Below, in pieces: positions 9,935 to 20,183 of a stretch of 64,000 nucleotides of DNA; within the stretch, counting starts at the first letter, position 1; each line of letters opens with the position of its first letter. A model generated the notes under the pieces. It ran no database searches and had not been told where the DNA came from. It worked only from the letters and a program-made list of their open reading frames with translations. The stretch spans positions 65,920 through 129,919 of the forward strand of contig CAVXJC010000007.1 in NCBI GenBank assembly GCA_963762075.1, given 5' to 3'. This stretch comes from an uncultured Actinomycetes bacterium (GTDB taxonomy: Bacteria > Actinomycetota > UBA4738 > HRBIN12). The translations under genes and the position numbers were made by a program.

Positions 9935-10849
9935 ATGGCGGGCGGTGCACCCGTCGTGGTGGTCGCGAATCCCACCGCGGGCCGAGGGAAGTCCGGCAAG
10001 CGCATCGGCGTCGTCGACGCGATGCTTCGAGAGCTTCGCGTCGAACATGAGGTGCTTGTCGCCGGATCGGCGAAAGAGATGGAGTCCACCTGTCGCGATG
10101 CGGCCGAGCGGGGAGCCGGGGTCGTCGCGGTGATCGGCGGCGACGGCACGGTGTCGTGCGCAGCCAACGGGGTGCTCGGCACCGGCGCGGTGCTGGCGGT
10201 GCTCCCGGCGGGCACGGGCAACGACTTCGCCACTGCGATCGGCGCCAGGACGCTTCGGGGATCGGTGCGGCTCCTCGCCGATCCGAAGACGGCGTCGATC
10301 GACGTGGTCCGCGCGCGAACGGTCGGATCCGAGCGTTGCTTCGTGAACATCGCAGGAGCGGGGTTCGATTCTGAGGTCAACGAGACGGCCAACGCGATGC
10401 ATCTGAACCTCGGAGGGACAGGAACCTACGTTGCGGCCCTCGTCAAGACGCTGTCTCGGTTCACCCCCGCTCACTACGACCTGATCGTCGATGACGAGCG
10501 GCTCACGCTCGACGCGATGCTCGTGGTCGTCGGAAGCGGTCTCTCCTATGGTGGCGGCATGAAGGTGCTTCCCGACGCGTCACTCGACGACGGCGTGCTC
10601 GACGTGTGTATCGTGGAAGCACTCTCGAAGGGAGCGTTCCTCCGGGCGTTCCCCAAGGTGTTCATGGGTACCCACACCGAGCATCCGAAGGTGCGCATGA
10701 TGCGAGCGACGAGCGTGACGATCGAGGCGAACCGGGACATGCAGGTCTACGCCGACGGCGAGCACGTCGGCGCGCTACCCGCATCGTTCGACGTGATGCC
10801 GGGCGCCCTGCAGGTCGTGGTGGGGCCGAACGCGAGGGGGATCCGATGA
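9935..10849 (+). CDS. diacylglycerol kinase catalytic-domain (DAGK_cat/YegS-like) lipid kinase
   Basis: VVVVANPTAGRGKSGK...VIGGDGTV...LPAGTGNDFA motifs of the DAGK_cat family. Confidence 0.8.
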   Translation: MAGGAPVVVVANPTAGRGKSGKRIGVVDAMLRELRVEHEVLVAGSAKEMESTCRDAAERGAGVVAVIGGDGTVSCAANGVLGTGAVLAVLPAGTGNDFATAIGARTLRGSVRLLADPKTASIDVVRARTVGSERCFVNIAGAGFDSEVNETANAMHLNLGGTGTYVAALVKTLSRFTPAHYDLIVDDERLTLDAMLVVVGSGLSYGGGMKVLPDASLDDGVLDVCIVEALSKGAFLRAFPKVFMGTHTEHPKVRMMRATSVTIEANRDMQVYADGEHVGALPASFDVMPGALQVVVGPNARGIR

Positions 10850-11592
10850 CCGTGACCGCCGATGGAGTGCTGTTGATCCACGCGTTCCCGATGGACGCGA
10901 GCATGTGGAGCCGTCAGGTCGAGGATCTCCGCGATCGGTGGCCGGTCGCCGCGCCGAACCTGCCCGGTTTCGGCGGCGCCGGCGATGCGGGAGCCGTGAT
11001 GACGATGCGCGCCGCCGCGGACCAGTGCGTGCGAGCCCTCGACGACGCAGGCATCGAGCGTGCGATCGTCTGCGGTCTGTCGATGGGAGGCTACGTCGCC
11101 TTCGAGCTCTGGCGCTCGGCGCGAGAGCGCATCGCCGGCCTCGTGCTCGCCAACACCCGCGCCGGTGCCGACACCGAGGAGGCCGCGGCGACCAGGCGCT
11201 CGCTCGCCGGGAGGTTGCGCGCAGAGGGCAACGCCTCACTCGTGGCCGCCCCGCCGCCATTGCTCAGCCGGCGAGCATCCGAAGCGCTGTGGCAAGAGGT
11301 GAAGGACACGATCGCCTCGCAGCCGGCAGAGTCCATCGCGGCCGCGGCCGAAGGCATGGCGGACCGCCCGGATTCCACCGACGATCTCGCCACGATCGAC
11401 GTGCCGACGCTCGTGCTCACGTCCGATGGCGACACCCTCATCACCCCCGATGTGAGCTTGTACATGGTCGACCGCATCGGGGGCGCCGACTCGGCGACCC
11501 TGCAGGGCGCCGGGCATCTGTCGAACCTCGAGGCGCCCGAGGCGTTCGCGGCCGCGCTCAACGGATTCCTGGGGCGATTCAGCAGAGGCTGA
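10846..11592 (+). CDS. alpha/beta hydrolase
   Basis: GLSMGGYVA nucleophile elbow (GxSxG). An ATGA overlap links it to the upstream kinase gene. Confidence 0.75.
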   Translation: MTVTADGVLLIHAFPMDASMWSRQVEDLRDRWPVAAPNLPGFGGAGDAGAVMTMRAAADQCVRALDDAGIERAIVCGLSMGGYVAFELWRSARERIAGLVLANTRAGADTEEAAATRRSLAGRLRAEGNASLVAAPPPLLSRRASEALWQEVKDTIASQPAESIAAAAEGMADRPDSTDDLATIDVPTLVLTSDGDTLITPDVSLYMVDRIGGADSATLQGAGHLSNLEAPEAFAAALNGFLGRFSRG

Positions 11593-11605
11593 GAGACTGG
11601 GACGT

Positions 11606-14260
11606 ATGAGCTCACCTGCGGCGTTCGCCGCACGGTTCCCGTTCACGCTGGACGAGTTCCAGATGCAGGCCGCTGATGCGGTCGAGGCCGGCATGTCGGT
11701 GCTCGTCGCCGCTCCCACCGGGAGCGGCAAGACCGTGGTGGCCGAGTACGCGATCGAACGATCTCTCGCCTTGGGGGGCAAGACCTTCTACACCACGCCC
11801 CTCAAGGCCCTGTCGAATCAGAAGTTCGGCGACCTCGTCGTCAAGCACGGCCCCGCGACCGTCGGCCTGTTGACCGGCGACAACACGATCAACTCCGAGG
11901 CGCCGGTGGTGGTGATGACGACCGAGGTGCTCCGCAACATGCTCTACGAACGATCCGACACGTTGCGCGGTCTCGTGAGCGTCGTGATGGATGAGGTGCA
12001 CTATCTGCAGGATCCGTATCGCGGCGCCGTCTGGGAGGAGGTGCTGATCCACCTGCCGCTCAGCGTGAGCGTCGTCTGCCTCTCGGCCACGATCTCCAAC
12101 GCCGAGGAGTTCGGCGAATGGGTCGGCACGTTGCGCGGCGAGACCCGGGTGATCATCGAGGAACGTCGCCCGGTGCCGCTCGAGCATCACTACCTCGTGG
12201 GCCATCGCCTGCATCCGATGCACGTGGAACAGGACGGCGTGGCGATCCCGAATCCCTACGTCGTCTCGCTCGACCAGAACGAGCTCCGAACCAAGATCTA
12301 CCACCGGCGCAGCAGCGGCTACCCGCAGCACGAGCGCATCTCGCGACCGCGCGAAGGCCACCGGCGGGTGTACGTGCCGAGGCGATCTGAAGTCGTCGAC
12401 GTTCTCGAGGAGCACGGCATGCTTCCCGCGATCTACTTCGTGTTCAGCCGGGCCGGGTGCGACCGCAGCGTTCGGTGGATCCGTGAGGCGGGCATCTCGC
12501 TCACGAACCGGGCCGAGGCCGAGCGCATCCGTGAGCGCGCCGAGTCCCGCGCTGCGTGGGTCGACGAGGACGACCTGGTCACGCTCGGGTTCTACGACTT
12601 CCTCGACGGGCTCACGGCGGGGGTAGCGGCGCACCACGCGGGCATGCTTCCCGTGTTCAAGGAGACGGTCGAGGAGTTGTTCGAGGCCGGTCTCGTGAAG
12701 GTGGTGTTCGCCACCGAGACGCTCTCGCTCGGCATCAACATGCCCGCCAAGACGGTGGTGATCGAGGACCTCTGGAAGTTCCAGGGTGAACGGCACGAGT
12801 TGCTCACACCGGGTGAGTACACGCAACTCACCGGGCGAGCCGGGCGCCGTGGCATCGACGAGGTCGGCCACGCCGTGGTGCTGTACCAGAAGCAGGTGGA
12901 CTTCGAACGCGTCGCCACCCTGGCGCAGCGCCGCACCTACGATCTGGTGTCGTCGTTCCGTCCTTCCTACAACATGGCGGTCAACCTGGCTCGCAACTAC
13001 ACCGAGGAACAGGCGCATCGGCTGTTGAACAGCTCGTTCGGGCAGTTCCTCGCCGACCGGAAGGTCGTCGGGCTCGAGCGTGAGCGACGTCGCGACGCCG
13101 ATGCGATCGAGGGTTACCGCGAGAACATGCGCTGCCACCTCGGCGACTTCGACGAGTACTGGTCGCTCATGTCGAGGGCTCGCCGCATGCGCGAGAGCGA
13201 TCGCAAGGGTCACGAGAAGGCGCGCATCGACTCGGTGCGCGCAGCGGTCGGCAAGCTGAAGCCCGGCGAGGTGATCTCGGTGCCCAACGGCAGGCGCGGA
13301 GGCCTCGGGGTGATCGTGAGCTCGCGCGAGGGCAAGCCCACGGTACTCACGCAGGACCGGCGGTTCTTCCGGCTGGCTGCCCGCGACTTCCACGACCCGC
13401 CGGCGGTGCTCACGCGGATACCGTTGCCGCGCTCGGGCAGCGCGCGGAGCAGCCGATACCGGCGAGACGTCGCCGCCAAGCTCGTCTCGCTGCAGGTACG
13501 ACCCGCGAAGCCGCCGAAGCACCGCGCCGATCCGAAGGTCGAACGCGAGGCGACCAAGCTCGAGGAACGCGCAACGAACCATCCGTGTCACGCTTGCCCC
13601 GAGCGCGGCAAGCACGAACGGTGGGCCAAGCGCGTCGACGAGCGCGAGGCCTCGCTCTCGGGCATCGAGCGGCGTATCAGGGTGCGGACCGAAACGCTGG
13701 CGCGCCAGTTCGACCGGGTCCTCTCCGTGCTTCGGGAGCTCGGCTACGTCGAGGGCTGGTCGGTGACCGAACGGGGAAGGAGCCTGTCTCGCATCTACGG
13801 CGAGGGTGACATCTTGGTGGCGGAGGCGCTCGCCCGGGGCATCTTCGACGACCTCGAGCCTGCGGAGGTCGCAGCCCTGCTGTCGGCGGTCGTCTACGAA
13901 GGACGTGAACGCGTCCCCCTTTCCGGCGGCATGCCGACCCCGGCCGCGGCACAGAGCTACGAGCGGCTCGAGCGCACGTGGCGGCGGATCCGCCGGACCG
14001 AGGACGACCACCAGGTGCAGCTCTGCCGCGAGCTCGAGGCCGGGTTCGCGACACCCGTCTTCCACTGGGCCAGTGGACGTGCTCTCGAAGACGTGCTCGC
14101 CGAGACCGACATGGCCCCGGGAGACTTCGTGCGCAACTGCAAGCAGCTTCTCGACCTGCTGCGTCAGGTCGAGGAGGTGGCGAACCCCGACGTGGCCGCA
14201 CTTTTCGCGATGGCCCGCTCCTCGGTGCTCCGGGGCGTCGTCGCGTACACGGGCGTCTGA
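11606..14260 (+). CDS. helY: Ski2-like DEAD/DEAH-box helicase HelY
   Basis: Walker A (AAPTGSGKT) and DExH (VMDEVHYL) motifs. The 884 aa length and the position adjacent to tatC match mycobacterial helY. Confidence 0.88.
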   Translation: MSSPAAFAARFPFTLDEFQMQAADAVEAGMSVLVAAPTGSGKTVVAEYAIERSLALGGKTFYTTPLKALSNQKFGDLVVKHGPATVGLLTGDNTINSEAPVVVMTTEVLRNMLYERSDTLRGLVSVVMDEVHYLQDPYRGAVWEEVLIHLPLSVSVVCLSATISNAEEFGEWVGTLRGETRVIIEERRPVPLEHHYLVGHRLHPMHVEQDGVAIPNPYVVSLDQNELRTKIYHRRSSGYPQHERISRPREGHRRVYVPRRSEVVDVLEEHGMLPAIYFVFSRAGCDRSVRWIREAGISLTNRAEAERIRERAESRAAWVDEDDLVTLGFYDFLDGLTAGVAAHHAGMLPVFKETVEELFEAGLVKVVFATETLSLGINMPAKTVVIEDLWKFQGERHELLTPGEYTQLTGRAGRRGIDEVGHAVVLYQKQVDFERVATLAQRRTYDLVSSFRPSYNMAVNLARNYTEEQAHRLLNSSFGQFLADRKVVGLERERRRDADAIEGYRENMRCHLGDFDEYWSLMSRARRMRESDRKGHEKARIDSVRAAVGKLKPGEVISVPNGRRGGLGVIVSSREGKPTVLTQDRRFFRLAARDFHDPPAVLTRIPLPRSGSARSSRYRRDVAAKLVSLQVRPAKPPKHRADPKVEREATKLEERATNHPCHACPERGKHERWAKRVDEREASLSGIERRIRVRTETLARQFDRVLSVLRELGYVEGWSVTERGRSLSRIYGEGDILVAEALARGIFDDLEPAEVAALLSAVVYEGRERVPLSGGMPTPAAAQSYERLERTWRRIRRTEDDHQVQLCRELEAGFATPVFHWASGRALEDVLAETDMAPGDFVRNCKQLLDLLRQVEEVANPDVAALFAMARSSVLRGVVAYTGV

Positions 14261-14287
14261 CGCAACGGTGCGAGCGGTGCGGGAGCG

Positions 14288-15217
14288 ATGACGAGCCCCT
14301 TCGGACGCCTCACGGTCATCGCCGACCCCGACCACGGCGTGGCCGGGAGAGGGGAGCGGCTCACGGAACTGGAGCGCGCGCTGTCAGCCAGCGAGCTCGC
14401 CTATACGCTCAAACTCATGGAGCGCCCGGGCGACGGTGCGCGCCTCACGACGTCTGCCCTGGAGGGAGGGTGTCGCTACGTCGTGGCCGTCGGCGGCGAT
14501 GCGATCGTGCAGGACGTCGTGAACGGCATGTTCCGTGACGGCTCGCCGATCCTCGAGGAGCCTGTGCTCGGCGTGATCGCGGCTGGAACCGAGAACGACC
14601 TGTTGCGGAGCTTCGGGCTTCCGGGCGACATCGACGGGGGAGTCCGGCACCTGCTGGGTGACAACACCTACCCCTTCGATCTGATGCGCGTCACGTGCAC
14701 CGACCCCCACGGCGAGCGCATGACCCGGTACGCCCACAACCTTGCGCAGCTCGGGCTCGGGGCCGATGCCGAGGTGGCGCGACGGCGCCTCCCCGCGTGG
14801 CTGGGTGACCGTACTAGGCGGTTCCTGGGATTCTGGCGCGGCTACGCCGCCACGAGGCGAAGGGTCGTGCAGGTTGGATACGACATGAAGACCTGGGAAG
14901 GCGAGAGCTTCCACGTGGTGATCGGCAACGGACAGTTCGCCTCGGGGATCCGGCTCTCGCCTCGCTCGTACCCGGGCGACGGCGTGCTCGACGCCCTGGT
15001 GTTCACGGGCCAGAAGTCCGACGGGTACACGATGATCCCTCGCATCATGCGCCACGGCGGGCATGTTCCCGACGACGCGATCAAGGAACTGCGAGCGAAG
15101 ATCCGTTTCTCTGTCGATTCCGACCGGCCGCTCGCGCTCATCGCCGACGGGGAGCCGTTCGGCACCACCCCGGCGACCTTCCAGGTCGTGCCGCAGCAGA
15201 TCCTGTTGAAGCTGTAG
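14288..15217 (+). CDS. diacylglycerol kinase catalytic-domain (DAGK_cat/YegS-like) lipid kinase, second copy
   Basis: VVAVGGDAIVQDVVNGM...IAAGTENDL DAGK_cat motifs. Confidence 0.75.
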   Translation: MTSPFGRLTVIADPDHGVAGRGERLTELERALSASELAYTLKLMERPGDGARLTTSALEGGCRYVVAVGGDAIVQDVVNGMFRDGSPILEEPVLGVIAAGTENDLLRSFGLPGDIDGGVRHLLGDNTYPFDLMRVTCTDPHGERMTRYAHNLAQLGLGADAEVARRRLPAWLGDRTRRFLGFWRGYAATRRRVVQVGYDMKTWEGESFHVVIGNGQFASGIRLSPRSYPGDGVLDALVFTGQKSDGYTMIPRIMRHGGHVPDDAIKELRAKIRFSVDSDRPLALIADGEPFGTTPATFQVVPQQILLKL

Positions 15218-15230
15218 AGGAGGCTCACAC

Positions 15231-16331
15231 GTGGACACCGGCCGATTGACGGACCGCATGCATCGTGTCACCAGGGCGGCCGAAGCCCAGGGGCTCGATG
15301 CCCTCGTGGTCGCGCCCTCGCCCGATCTCGCCTACCTCACCGGCTACGACCCAATGCCGCTGGAACGCGCGACCCTGCTGGTCCTGCGGCCCGACCGTCC
15401 GGCGATCATGCTCGTACCCGAGCTCGAGCGTCCGCTCGCGGCGGCGTCGCCCGCGGGAACGATCGTCGAGCTGATCGGATGGGTCGACGGAGTCGACCCC
15501 TACGAGGAAGTCGCCGGGCTCCTCTCGGGCGAGGCGAGGGCGGCCGTCAATGACCGGTGTTGGTCGAGCCACCTGCTGGGTTTGCAGGCCGCCCTGCCGG
15601 GAACGACCTTCAGCCCGGCGTCGCCCGTCATTGGCCGTCTGCGCGCGGTGAAAGACGACGACGAGCTCGCGGCGCTTCGGCGAGCGGCGCGAGGAGCAGA
15701 TGAGTCGTTCCGTCAGATCTGCGCCATGTCGTTCCTCGGACGCCGGGAGGAGGAGATCGCGGCGGACCTGGCCGGCCTGCTCGTCGAGCACGGCCACGCG
15801 AGCGCGGAGTTCACGATCGTCGCGAGCGGACCGAACGCCGCCTCGCCGCACCACGAGCCCGGCGGGCGCACCATCCTGCCCCGCGACGCCGTCGTGATGG
15901 ACTTCGGAGGAGCGCTCGGAGGGTACTTCAGCGACACGACGCGAACCGTGGTGGTGGGAGAGCCCCCACCCGGATTCGAGGCGGTGTACGAGACGGTGCG
16001 CCGAGCACAGGCGGCGGCGTGCAACGCCGTGCGACCCGGCATCGAGGCCCAGGAGATCGACCGCGTCGCGCGAGGCATCATCGACGACGTGGGGTTGGGG
16101 GAGAAGTTCATCCACCGCACCGGGCACGGCATCGGGCTCGAGGTACACGAGCCGCCCTACATCGTGGAGGGGAGCGACTGGATGCTCGAGGCCGGCACGA
16201 CGTTCTCCGTCGAACCCGGCGTCTATCTCGAGCACGAGTTCGGGGTGCGCATCGAGGACATCGTCGTGGTTACCGCCGACGGGGTGGAACGATTGAACCG
16301 CTCGACGCGCGAGCTCCAAGTCGTCGAGTAG
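15231..16331 (+). CDS. Xaa-Pro aminopeptidase / M24 family peptidase
   Basis: Creatinase N-domain plus M24 pita-bread fold with metal ligands (HRTGHGIGLEVHE). Confidence 0.82.
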   Translation: MDTGRLTDRMHRVTRAAEAQGLDALVVAPSPDLAYLTGYDPMPLERATLLVLRPDRPAIMLVPELERPLAAASPAGTIVELIGWVDGVDPYEEVAGLLSGEARAAVNDRCWSSHLLGLQAALPGTTFSPASPVIGRLRAVKDDDELAALRRAARGADESFRQICAMSFLGRREEEIAADLAGLLVEHGHASAEFTIVASGPNAASPHHEPGGRTILPRDAVVMDFGGALGGYFSDTTRTVVVGEPPPGFEAVYETVRRAQAAACNAVRPGIEAQEIDRVARGIIDDVGLGEKFIHRTGHGIGLEVHEPPYIVEGSDWMLEAGTTFSVEPGVYLEHEFGVRIEDIVVVTADGVERLNRSTRELQVVE

Positions 16332-16343
16332 CGAGCGCGGGGA

Positions 16344-17735
16344 TCAGCTCCTGGGACGAACCTTCGTGCCGTCGGGCGTGTCCATGACCTCGAGGCCCAT
16401 GTCGGCGAGCTCGTCACGCAGTCGATCGCTCTCCGCGTAGTTCTTGCGAGCGCGTGCCGCGTCTCGCGCCGCAACCCTGGCCAGCATCTCCTCGCTCGGC
16501 GCCCAGCCGCTCGTGGCCTCTCGCTCGAGATCGAGCCCGAGCACCGAGTCCCACGATGCCAGCAGCGAATACTTCTCGCCGTCGCTCACGTCGTGCGAGC
16601 CGACGACCTCGTTCACGACCACCACGGTGGAGGGCATGTCGAGGTCCGAAGCGACCGCCTCACGGAAGCGCACGTCGAAGGCGCGGGCGGCCGGACCGAG
16701 CTCCTCGGCGCCCGGAGCCCACCCCGCCATGCGCCGGCGGAGCTGCTTGACACGGGCGTCGGCGGTGTCCATCGCATCCCACGTGAAGTCCATCTCCGAG
16801 CGGTAGCGAGTCTGGAACGTGAGCCACCGGAACGCGAGTGGATCAGACCCCCGCTCGACGAGATCGGGGACCCGGACCGTGTTGCCCGTGGACTTCGAGA
16901 TCTTCTGGCCCGATTGCCGCAGGTGGCCTCCGTGCACCCAGATCGAGACCACCCGATGCCCGACCGCCCCCTCGCTCTGAGCTATCTCGTCCTCGTGATG
17001 AGGGAACCGCAGATCGTTGCCCCCGGTGTGGATGTCGAACCGCTCGCCGAGGTACTTCATCGACATGGCCGAGCATTCGATGTGCCAGCCGGGAAAGCCG
17101 AGGCCCCACGGGGAGTCCCACTTCATCAGGCGTCCCGGGCCTGCCGACTTCCAGAGGGCGAAGTCGGCAGGAGTACGCTTGGCCGGGTCGCTCTCGAGGT
17201 CGCGATGACCCTCGCGGAGGTTGTCGAGGGTGTTGCCGCTCAGCGAGCCGTAACCGGGCAGTGACGACACGTCGAAATACACGCTTCCCGAGTCGACGAC
17301 GTATGCATGGCCGCGGTCGATCAGGGTCTGGGTGAGTTCGATCATCTCGGGGATGTGCTCGGTCGCCTTGGGATATCTGTCGGCGGGTCGGATGCCGACC
17401 GCAGCAGCGTCGGCGAAGACCGCGTCGGCGTACTTCTCGGCGATCTCCAGCGGGGAGGTGCCCTCGTCCTCGACCGCGAGCAGCATCTTGTCGACGGCCT
17501 GCGGCGACGCCTCGTCGGTCATGTGCCCGACGTCGGTGATGTTCATGATCTGCGTGACGGTGTGGCCCTCGAGCTCGAGACCGCGCCTGATCAGGTCGGC
17601 GAGCATGAAGGTGCGCATGTTGCCGAGGTGCGCGTAGCGGTAGACCGTTGGCCCGCAGGTATACATCGTGACGTGACCGTCGGCAGACGGTGTCACCTCG
17701 TCGAGCCCGCGCGTCAGCGTGTTGTACAGGCGCAT
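16344..17735 (-). CDS. cysS: cysteine--tRNA ligase
   Basis: Class I aaRS with [16 protein letters not shown] (HIGH-like) and KISKS motifs. [14 protein letters not shown] matches CysRS rather than the MshC paralog. 463 aa. Confidence 0.8.
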   Translation of the reverse strand: MRLYNTLTRGLDEVTPSADGHVTMYTCGPTVYRYAHLGNMRTFMLADLIRRGLELEGHTVTQIMNITDVGHMTDEASPQAVDKMLLAVEDEGTSPLEIAEKYADAVFADAAAVGIRPADRYPKATEHIPEMIELTQTLIDRGHAYVVDSGSVYFDVSSLPGYGSLSGNTLDNLREGHRDLESDPAKRTPADFALWKSAGPGRLMKWDSPWGLGFPGWHIECSAMSMKYLGERFDIHTGGNDLRFPHHEDEIAQSEGAVGHRVVSIWVHGGHLRQSGQKISKSTGNTVRVPDLVERGSDPLAFRWLTFQTRYRSEMDFTWDAMDTADARVKQLRRRMAGWAPGAEELGPAARAFDVRFREAVASDLDMPSTVVVVNEVVGSHDVSDGEKYSLLASWDSVLGLDLEREATSGWAPSEEMLARVAARDAARARKNYAESDRLRDELADMGLEVMDTPDGTKVRPRS

Positions 17736-17765
17736 GGCCCGAGCTTACCGCCGGCAGGTGCGCGG

Positions 17766-20183
17766 CTACGCAGAGTCGTCCGGGCGCGGAGGAGACTGCG
17801 GGTCGAGCATGACGCGTTGCCGGTCGGCCTGCCGGTTGCCCGGGGCCGAGGCGGCGACCTCGATCGGCGGAGGTGGCACCGGAACAGGGATGCGCGTCTC
17901 GACGCCGGCGTGTTCCCTGTGGGCGCGGAGCACCGCATCGTGGTAGCGCTCGATCATCTTCAGGAACATCGGGTCGTGATACGGCCTGCCGTCGACCGTG
18001 GGACCTTGCGTGCCCTCGATGATGGCTTCGACGTCGTCACCCGTGATGGTCTTCACGGTCTCCAAGGCGTGCGCGAGGGCGAGGATGTCCGAGCGGTGCT
18101 CGTCGAGGAGCTCCCAGGTCTTCTCGTAGAGCTCATTCAGCTTGTCCTCGACGCTCTGGCCGAAGACCGAGTCGAACAGCGCCCGGTCGCCGCCGGTCTC
18201 CATGGGCGTCGAGCCCAGAGGCGCGAGGGTGACGGACCGCGAAGCGATGCGGTCGCCCATCGCGTAGTAGGCCAGCGCCTGGCTGGTCATGCCTGTCGCG
18301 GCGCGCATGTCACCGCCGACCCCCATGGAATGATCTCCGTCGAAGAACATGCGCTCACCGGCCAGCGAAGCCAACGCGGTCATCACGTCGATCTCTCGTT
18401 CCGTGCGCCACTGCACGAACTGGTCCTCGGGCGGGATCGACGAGACGAACCCGCCGACGTCCCCACGGCGCTCGATCGTGGCCATGTCGATCACCGCATG
18501 CTTGCGCAACCTGTAGGCGACGACGGCGTGGCATGCCTCGTGCACCGCCACGGAGTGGCGCTCGCGCTCGATGTACTCGTGCTCATCGGGCAATCCGTGC
18601 TGCTTCAGCTGCTTTGCCTTCACGACGTCGCCATAGGTCACCATGTCTCGGTCGTCGCGGATCGCGATCACGAGGCCCTCGTTCACGATGTCCTTGATCG
18701 ACGCGCCCGAGAAGTACGGTGTGATCGTGGCGAGCTTGTCGAGCTCTGCTGTGTCGATCTCGTTCTTCACCTTCGCCAGGTAGTACTCGAAGGTCGCCCG
18801 CCGTCCGTCCTTCTGCGGGTAGCCAACCTTGTACTGGCGATCGACACGGCCGGGGCGCAGCATCGCCGGGTCGAGGGTGTTCGGCATGTTCGTCGCGAAG
18901 ATGTGCAGGATGCGGTACTTCGGCGGGGGCTTCGGCTTCATGCCGAGGAGCTTGCGGATCTTGTTCACGAGCCCCTTCGGCTTCGTGAGCCCCGACATCT
19001 CGGCGAGTAGCGCCTGCAGGGTGCCCATCCCGCCGCCACCCGCCATGCCGCCCATGATGACCCGCTCTTTGTACGGCTCTCCCGCCCCGGCCGACGATGA
19101 TCCGGCATGGAATGCCGCGTCGCGACCAGGCGCGGACAGGTAGGAGACCCCGTTGCAGGTGGGTGCGGTCGACCACGGCGAGACCGACGCACCCGCCCCA
19201 CCGGCGATCTGCTGACCGCGGCTTCCCAGTGAATCTGCCTCGTCGATGAACACGATCGCGCCGCCGTAGCGCATGGAGAGCTTGCGGAGCTTGCGGTACA
19301 AGGAGCGGACCTTGAGGATGCCGACTCCCATGAACATGTTGATGAACGCGCCCGCATCGACGTTCACGAACGGCTTCGCCGTCTCACCCGCCACGGCCTG
19401 GGCCATGAGTGTCTTGCCCGTCCCGGGAGGGCCCCAGAGCAGGATGCCCCCGGGCACGTAGCCGCCGCGAGACTCGATCGCCTCCGGGTCGTCAAGGAAC
19501 ACCAAGGTCTCTTTGAGTTGCCCGAGCGCCGCGTCCTGGCCCTTGACGTCATCGAACCGCGTCTCGATCTCGTCCGGCATGATCGTGTCGATGCCGCCTC
19601 GGGACAGGAACCAGAACAACCCGATGAACTGGAACATCACGAAGAAGAAGCCGAACGCGAGCTGCATGATGAATGGCAGGGCGACAACGAGTCGCGCCGG
19701 GGCCTCGATGATGCCCAACCACACGGGGTCCGAGTTGAAGATCCGACCCATCAACGTGCTCAGGACCGTGAGGAACAGGAAGAGCTTGAATGCGCGACCC
19801 GCCCGGAAGCGCGTGTAGTCGCTCATGCCTCCGAGCCGGCGATCCGCGCCACCGAAGACCGTCTTCTCCCAGAACCTGTAGTAGCCCTTCGAATGCTCCT
19901 CGATGAAGTAATGGGTCTGGCGCAGGAACTCCAACGCCATCAGCGCCAGCAACCACCAGTAGTCGTTGATCGCGATACGGATCGCATCGACGAACGGACC
20001 GTCGAGCGGTTTCACGGTGGTGGACCACACCACCGCGAGTCCCGCGAGCCAGAGGATGCTCAGCAGGACGAGGAGCTTGATGCGATCCCAGAACACGGCC
20101 GGCGCCCGCGTCTGCCGCTCCGATGCTCGCGGCCTCGACGGCCGGTCGGCCAAGATGTTGGAACCGTTCCCCTTGGTGCTCAC
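17766..20183 (-). CDS. FtsH-like membrane AAA+ ATPase / M41 zinc metalloprotease (divergent paralog)
   Basis: Walker A GPPGTGKT, Walker B IVFIDEAD and arginine finger RPGRVDR. The M41 motif is HEACHAV, followed by a downstream Asp ligand. About four N-terminal TM helices. The start is taken as the GTG at 20183, overlapping the upstream stop as GTGA; the raw ORF extends to 20243. Confidence 0.8.
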   Translation of the reverse strand: MSTKGNGSNILADRPSRPRASERQTRAPAVFWDRIKLLVLLSILWLAGLAVVWSTTVKPLDGPFVDAIRIAINDYWWLLALMALEFLRQTHYFIEEHSKGYYRFWEKTVFGGADRRLGGMSDYTRFRAGRAFKLFLFLTVLSTLMGRIFNSDPVWLGIIEAPARLVVALPFIMQLAFGFFFVMFQFIGLFWFLSRGGIDTIMPDEIETRFDDVKGQDAALGQLKETLVFLDDPEAIESRGGYVPGGILLWGPPGTGKTLMAQAVAGETAKPFVNVDAGAFINMFMGVGILKVRSLYRKLRKLSMRYGGAIVFIDEADSLGSRGQQIAGGAGASVSPWSTAPTCNGVSYLSAPGRDAAFHAGSSSAGAGEPYKERVIMGGMAGGGGMGTLQALLAEMSGLTKPKGLVNKIRKLLGMKPKPPPKYRILHIFATNMPNTLDPAMLRPGRVDRQYKVGYPQKDGRRATFEYYLAKVKNEIDTAELDKLATITPYFSGASIKDIVNEGLVIAIRDDRDMVTYGDVVKAKQLKQHGLPDEHEYIERERHSVAVHEACHAVVAYRLRKHAVIDMATIERRGDVGGFVSSIPPEDQFVQWRTEREIDVMTALASLAGERMFFDGDHSMGVGGDMRAATGMTSQALAYYAMGDRIASRSVTLAPLGSTPMETGGDRALFDSVFGQSVEDKLNELYEKTWELLDEHRSDILALAHALETVKTITGDDVEAIIEGTQGPTVDGRPYHDPMFLKMIERYHDAVLRAHREHAGVETRIPVPVPPPPIEVAASAPGNRQADRQRVMLDPQSPPRPDDSA

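Noticed and set aside
8137-10392. 751-aa minus-strand ORF
   Set aside because: Low-complexity R/P/A-rich translation, antisense to the well-supported tatC, membrane protein and DAGK genes. A typical high-GC antisense artefact.
11612-14335. 907-aa minus-strand ORF
   Set aside because: Antisense to helY, R/G/A-rich with no motifs. A high-GC reverse-frame artefact.
16344-17735. Possibility that this is MshC (mycothiol ligase) rather than CysRS
   Set aside because: N-terminal LYNTLTR, CGPTVY and [14 protein letters not shown] match CysRS. MshC has CGITPYD / FPHHEFSAAH. The length (463 aa) also fits CysRS.
17307-19010. 567-aa plus-strand ORF
   Set aside because: Antisense to the FtsH-like gene, with a V/R/G/D-rich low-complexity translation.
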